The notes under the pieces are model-generated. The model saw only the letters and a program-made list of their open reading frames with translations, was not told the DNA's origin and did not search any database. Positions 62,708 to 64,000 of a DNA stretch of 64,000 nucleotides are shown piece after piece; position 1 is the first letter of the stretch, and each line of letters starts with the position of its first letter. The translations under genes and the position numbers were made by a program. Where the stretch lies: IMG/VR virus record IMGVR_UViG_3300009159_000032. One strand, 5' to 3'. This stretch comes from a virus.

Positions 62708-63202
62708 ATGATGAAAATTATTACTTTCCCCGATCCCATTCTTAGAGAAAGAATGCCAGAATTTGATTTTAAAAATCCTGTTATGGATCCAAAAGAATTA
62801 GAAAGAGAAATGATAGCAACTATGTTTGCCAATGACGGTATGGGACTAGCAGCCAATCAAATTGGTGTTCGAGCTCGAATGTTTGTTATGGGAGATAAAA
62901 GAAATTTCCTAATGGCCAAAGCATACTTTAATCCTATCATTGTTGCTAATACAACAGATATACATGATTTGGAAGAGGGATGTTTGAGTTTTCCTGGAGT
63001 TTATGTTAATATAAAAAGACCTACTGGGATACAAGTAGAATATCAAAATGCTGACGGTGAAACAGAAAGAGCAGAATTTCAAGGATATGATTGTAAATGT
63101 TTTTTACATGAGTATGATCATTTAGAAGGAATTACCTATCAAGATAGAGTAAGCACTTTGAAATGGGCATTGGCAGTTAAACAATCAAAAAAGAGGAAAT
63201 AA
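62708..63202 (+). CDS. def: Peptide deformylase
   Basis: GMGLAANQIG, EGCLS and HEYDH. Confidence 0.95.
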   Translation: MMKIITFPDPILRERMPEFDFKNPVMDPKELEREMIATMFANDGMGLAANQIGVRARMFVMGDKRNFLMAKAYFNPIIVANTTDIHDLEEGCLSFPGVYVNIKRPTGIQVEYQNADGETERAEFQGYDCKCFLHEYDHLEGITYQDRVSTLKWALAVKQSKKRK

Positions 63203-63207
63203 AAATA

Positions 63208-64000
63208 ATGTTAGAACCAAACAGCGATCTAGAAAAGATTTTTGAAAGAGCAGTTTCGATTGCTTCAAAAAATCAACACGAGTATATCACACTTGAACAT
63301 TTTCTTTATAGTATTGTAACCGACGAAACGTTCAATGCAATACTAAAAGATTTTGGTGCAGAAGTAGATCAGCTAAAAAAGAATTTGGAAAAGTTTATCA
63401 AGGACGATCTGGCAGATATTAAAACTGACAAAGAAGACTATCGTCCTAAAAAGACCAATACTGTTGAACGTATGTTAAACCGTGCATTTACACAGGTGTT
63501 GTTTGGTGGTCGTAATGTCATTGAGCCGGTTGATTGTTTTATCAGTATTTTCAGCGAAAAGAAAAGTTTTGCTAATTTTTTCTTACGTAAAGCAAAGATT
63601 GAAAAAGATAAATTTATTGAGTTTATTGAAAACAGTCCTATGGGAGAAGGTGACGAAATTAGTGAAGCTAGCGGAAATCAATTAGAAAGAATGATTGTAC
63701 AATTCTGCACTAACTTGACTAACAAAGTTAAACAGAAAAAGATTGATCCAGTTATTGGTCGAGAAAAAGAAATTGAAGAGATTCAATTGGCTCTGGCCCG
63801 TAGACAAAAATCCAACGTTATGTTGATTGGCGATCCTGGTGTTGGCAAGACTGCTATTGCAGAAGGACTTGCACGTAAGATCGAAGAAGGCAAAGTTCCT
63901 AAATTTATTCAAGACCACACTGTCTACAGTCTAGACATCAGTGGATTACTAGCAGGCAGCAAGTATCGAGGCGATTTTGAAGAACGTTTAAAAATGGTCA
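63208..64000 (+). CDS. clpA: ClpA-like AAA+ chaperone, N-terminal part (runs off the window; not in ORF track)
   Basis: Translates MLEPNSDLEK...HEYITLEHFL...IDPVIGREKEI...NVMLIGDPGVGKTAIAEGLA...LAGSKYRGDFEERLK. Confidence 0.9.
   Translation, partial: MLEPNSDLEKIFERAVSIASKNQHEYITLEHFLYSIVTDETFNAILKDFGAEVDQLKKNLEKFIKDDLADIKTDKEDYRPKKTNTVERMLNRAFTQVLFGGRNVIEPVDCFISIFSEKKSFANFFLRKAKIEKDKFIEFIENSPMGEGDEISEASGNQLERMIVQFCTNLTNKVKQKKIDPVIGREKEIEEIQLALARRQKSNVMLIGDPGVGKTAIAEGLARKIEEGKVPKFIQDHTVYSLDISGLLAGSKYRGDFEERLKMV

Overview
The window is a gene-dense segment of a large lytic tailed phage, probably T4-like or jumbo. The evidence is sigma70-type TTGACA-N17-TATAAT promoters, T4-like TAAATA late promoters, a clamp loader, PhoH, baseplate and collagen tail-fibre genes, and an endolysin/spanin/holin cassette. 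Spanins and ClpA point to a Gram-negative, probably proteobacterial, host. From left to right: (1) two structured motif-sharing RNA-like elements preceding a TROVE-like/vWA (DUF2828-type) gene, then tRNA-Arg. (2) An ~11 kb mixed-orientation island encoding a type II fatty-acid/polyketide-like pathway: ketosynthase, two ACPs, FabZ, AcpS, desaturase, two GNAT-like proteins, five 2OG-Fe(II)-like oxygenases, ABM-like barrels and a PP-loop enzyme. (3) A non-canonical tRNA-like RNA and tRNA-Thr. (4) A glycosylation locus, lipoproteins and small hypothetical genes, ClpP, QueD, a UDP-glucuronate decarboxylase and UvsE. (5) The tail module, with Thr-rich collagen fibres and an S8 protease. (6) A split DnaE fragment, GroES, a second desaturase, a beta-hydroxylase, the clamp loader, PhoH, lysis genes, DnaJ, peptide deformylase and a partial ClpA. 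The strongest candidate for an undescribed system is the phage-encoded acyl/lipid biosynthetic cluster at 2015-12749. All product calls come from motif recognition by eye; no database searches were run.
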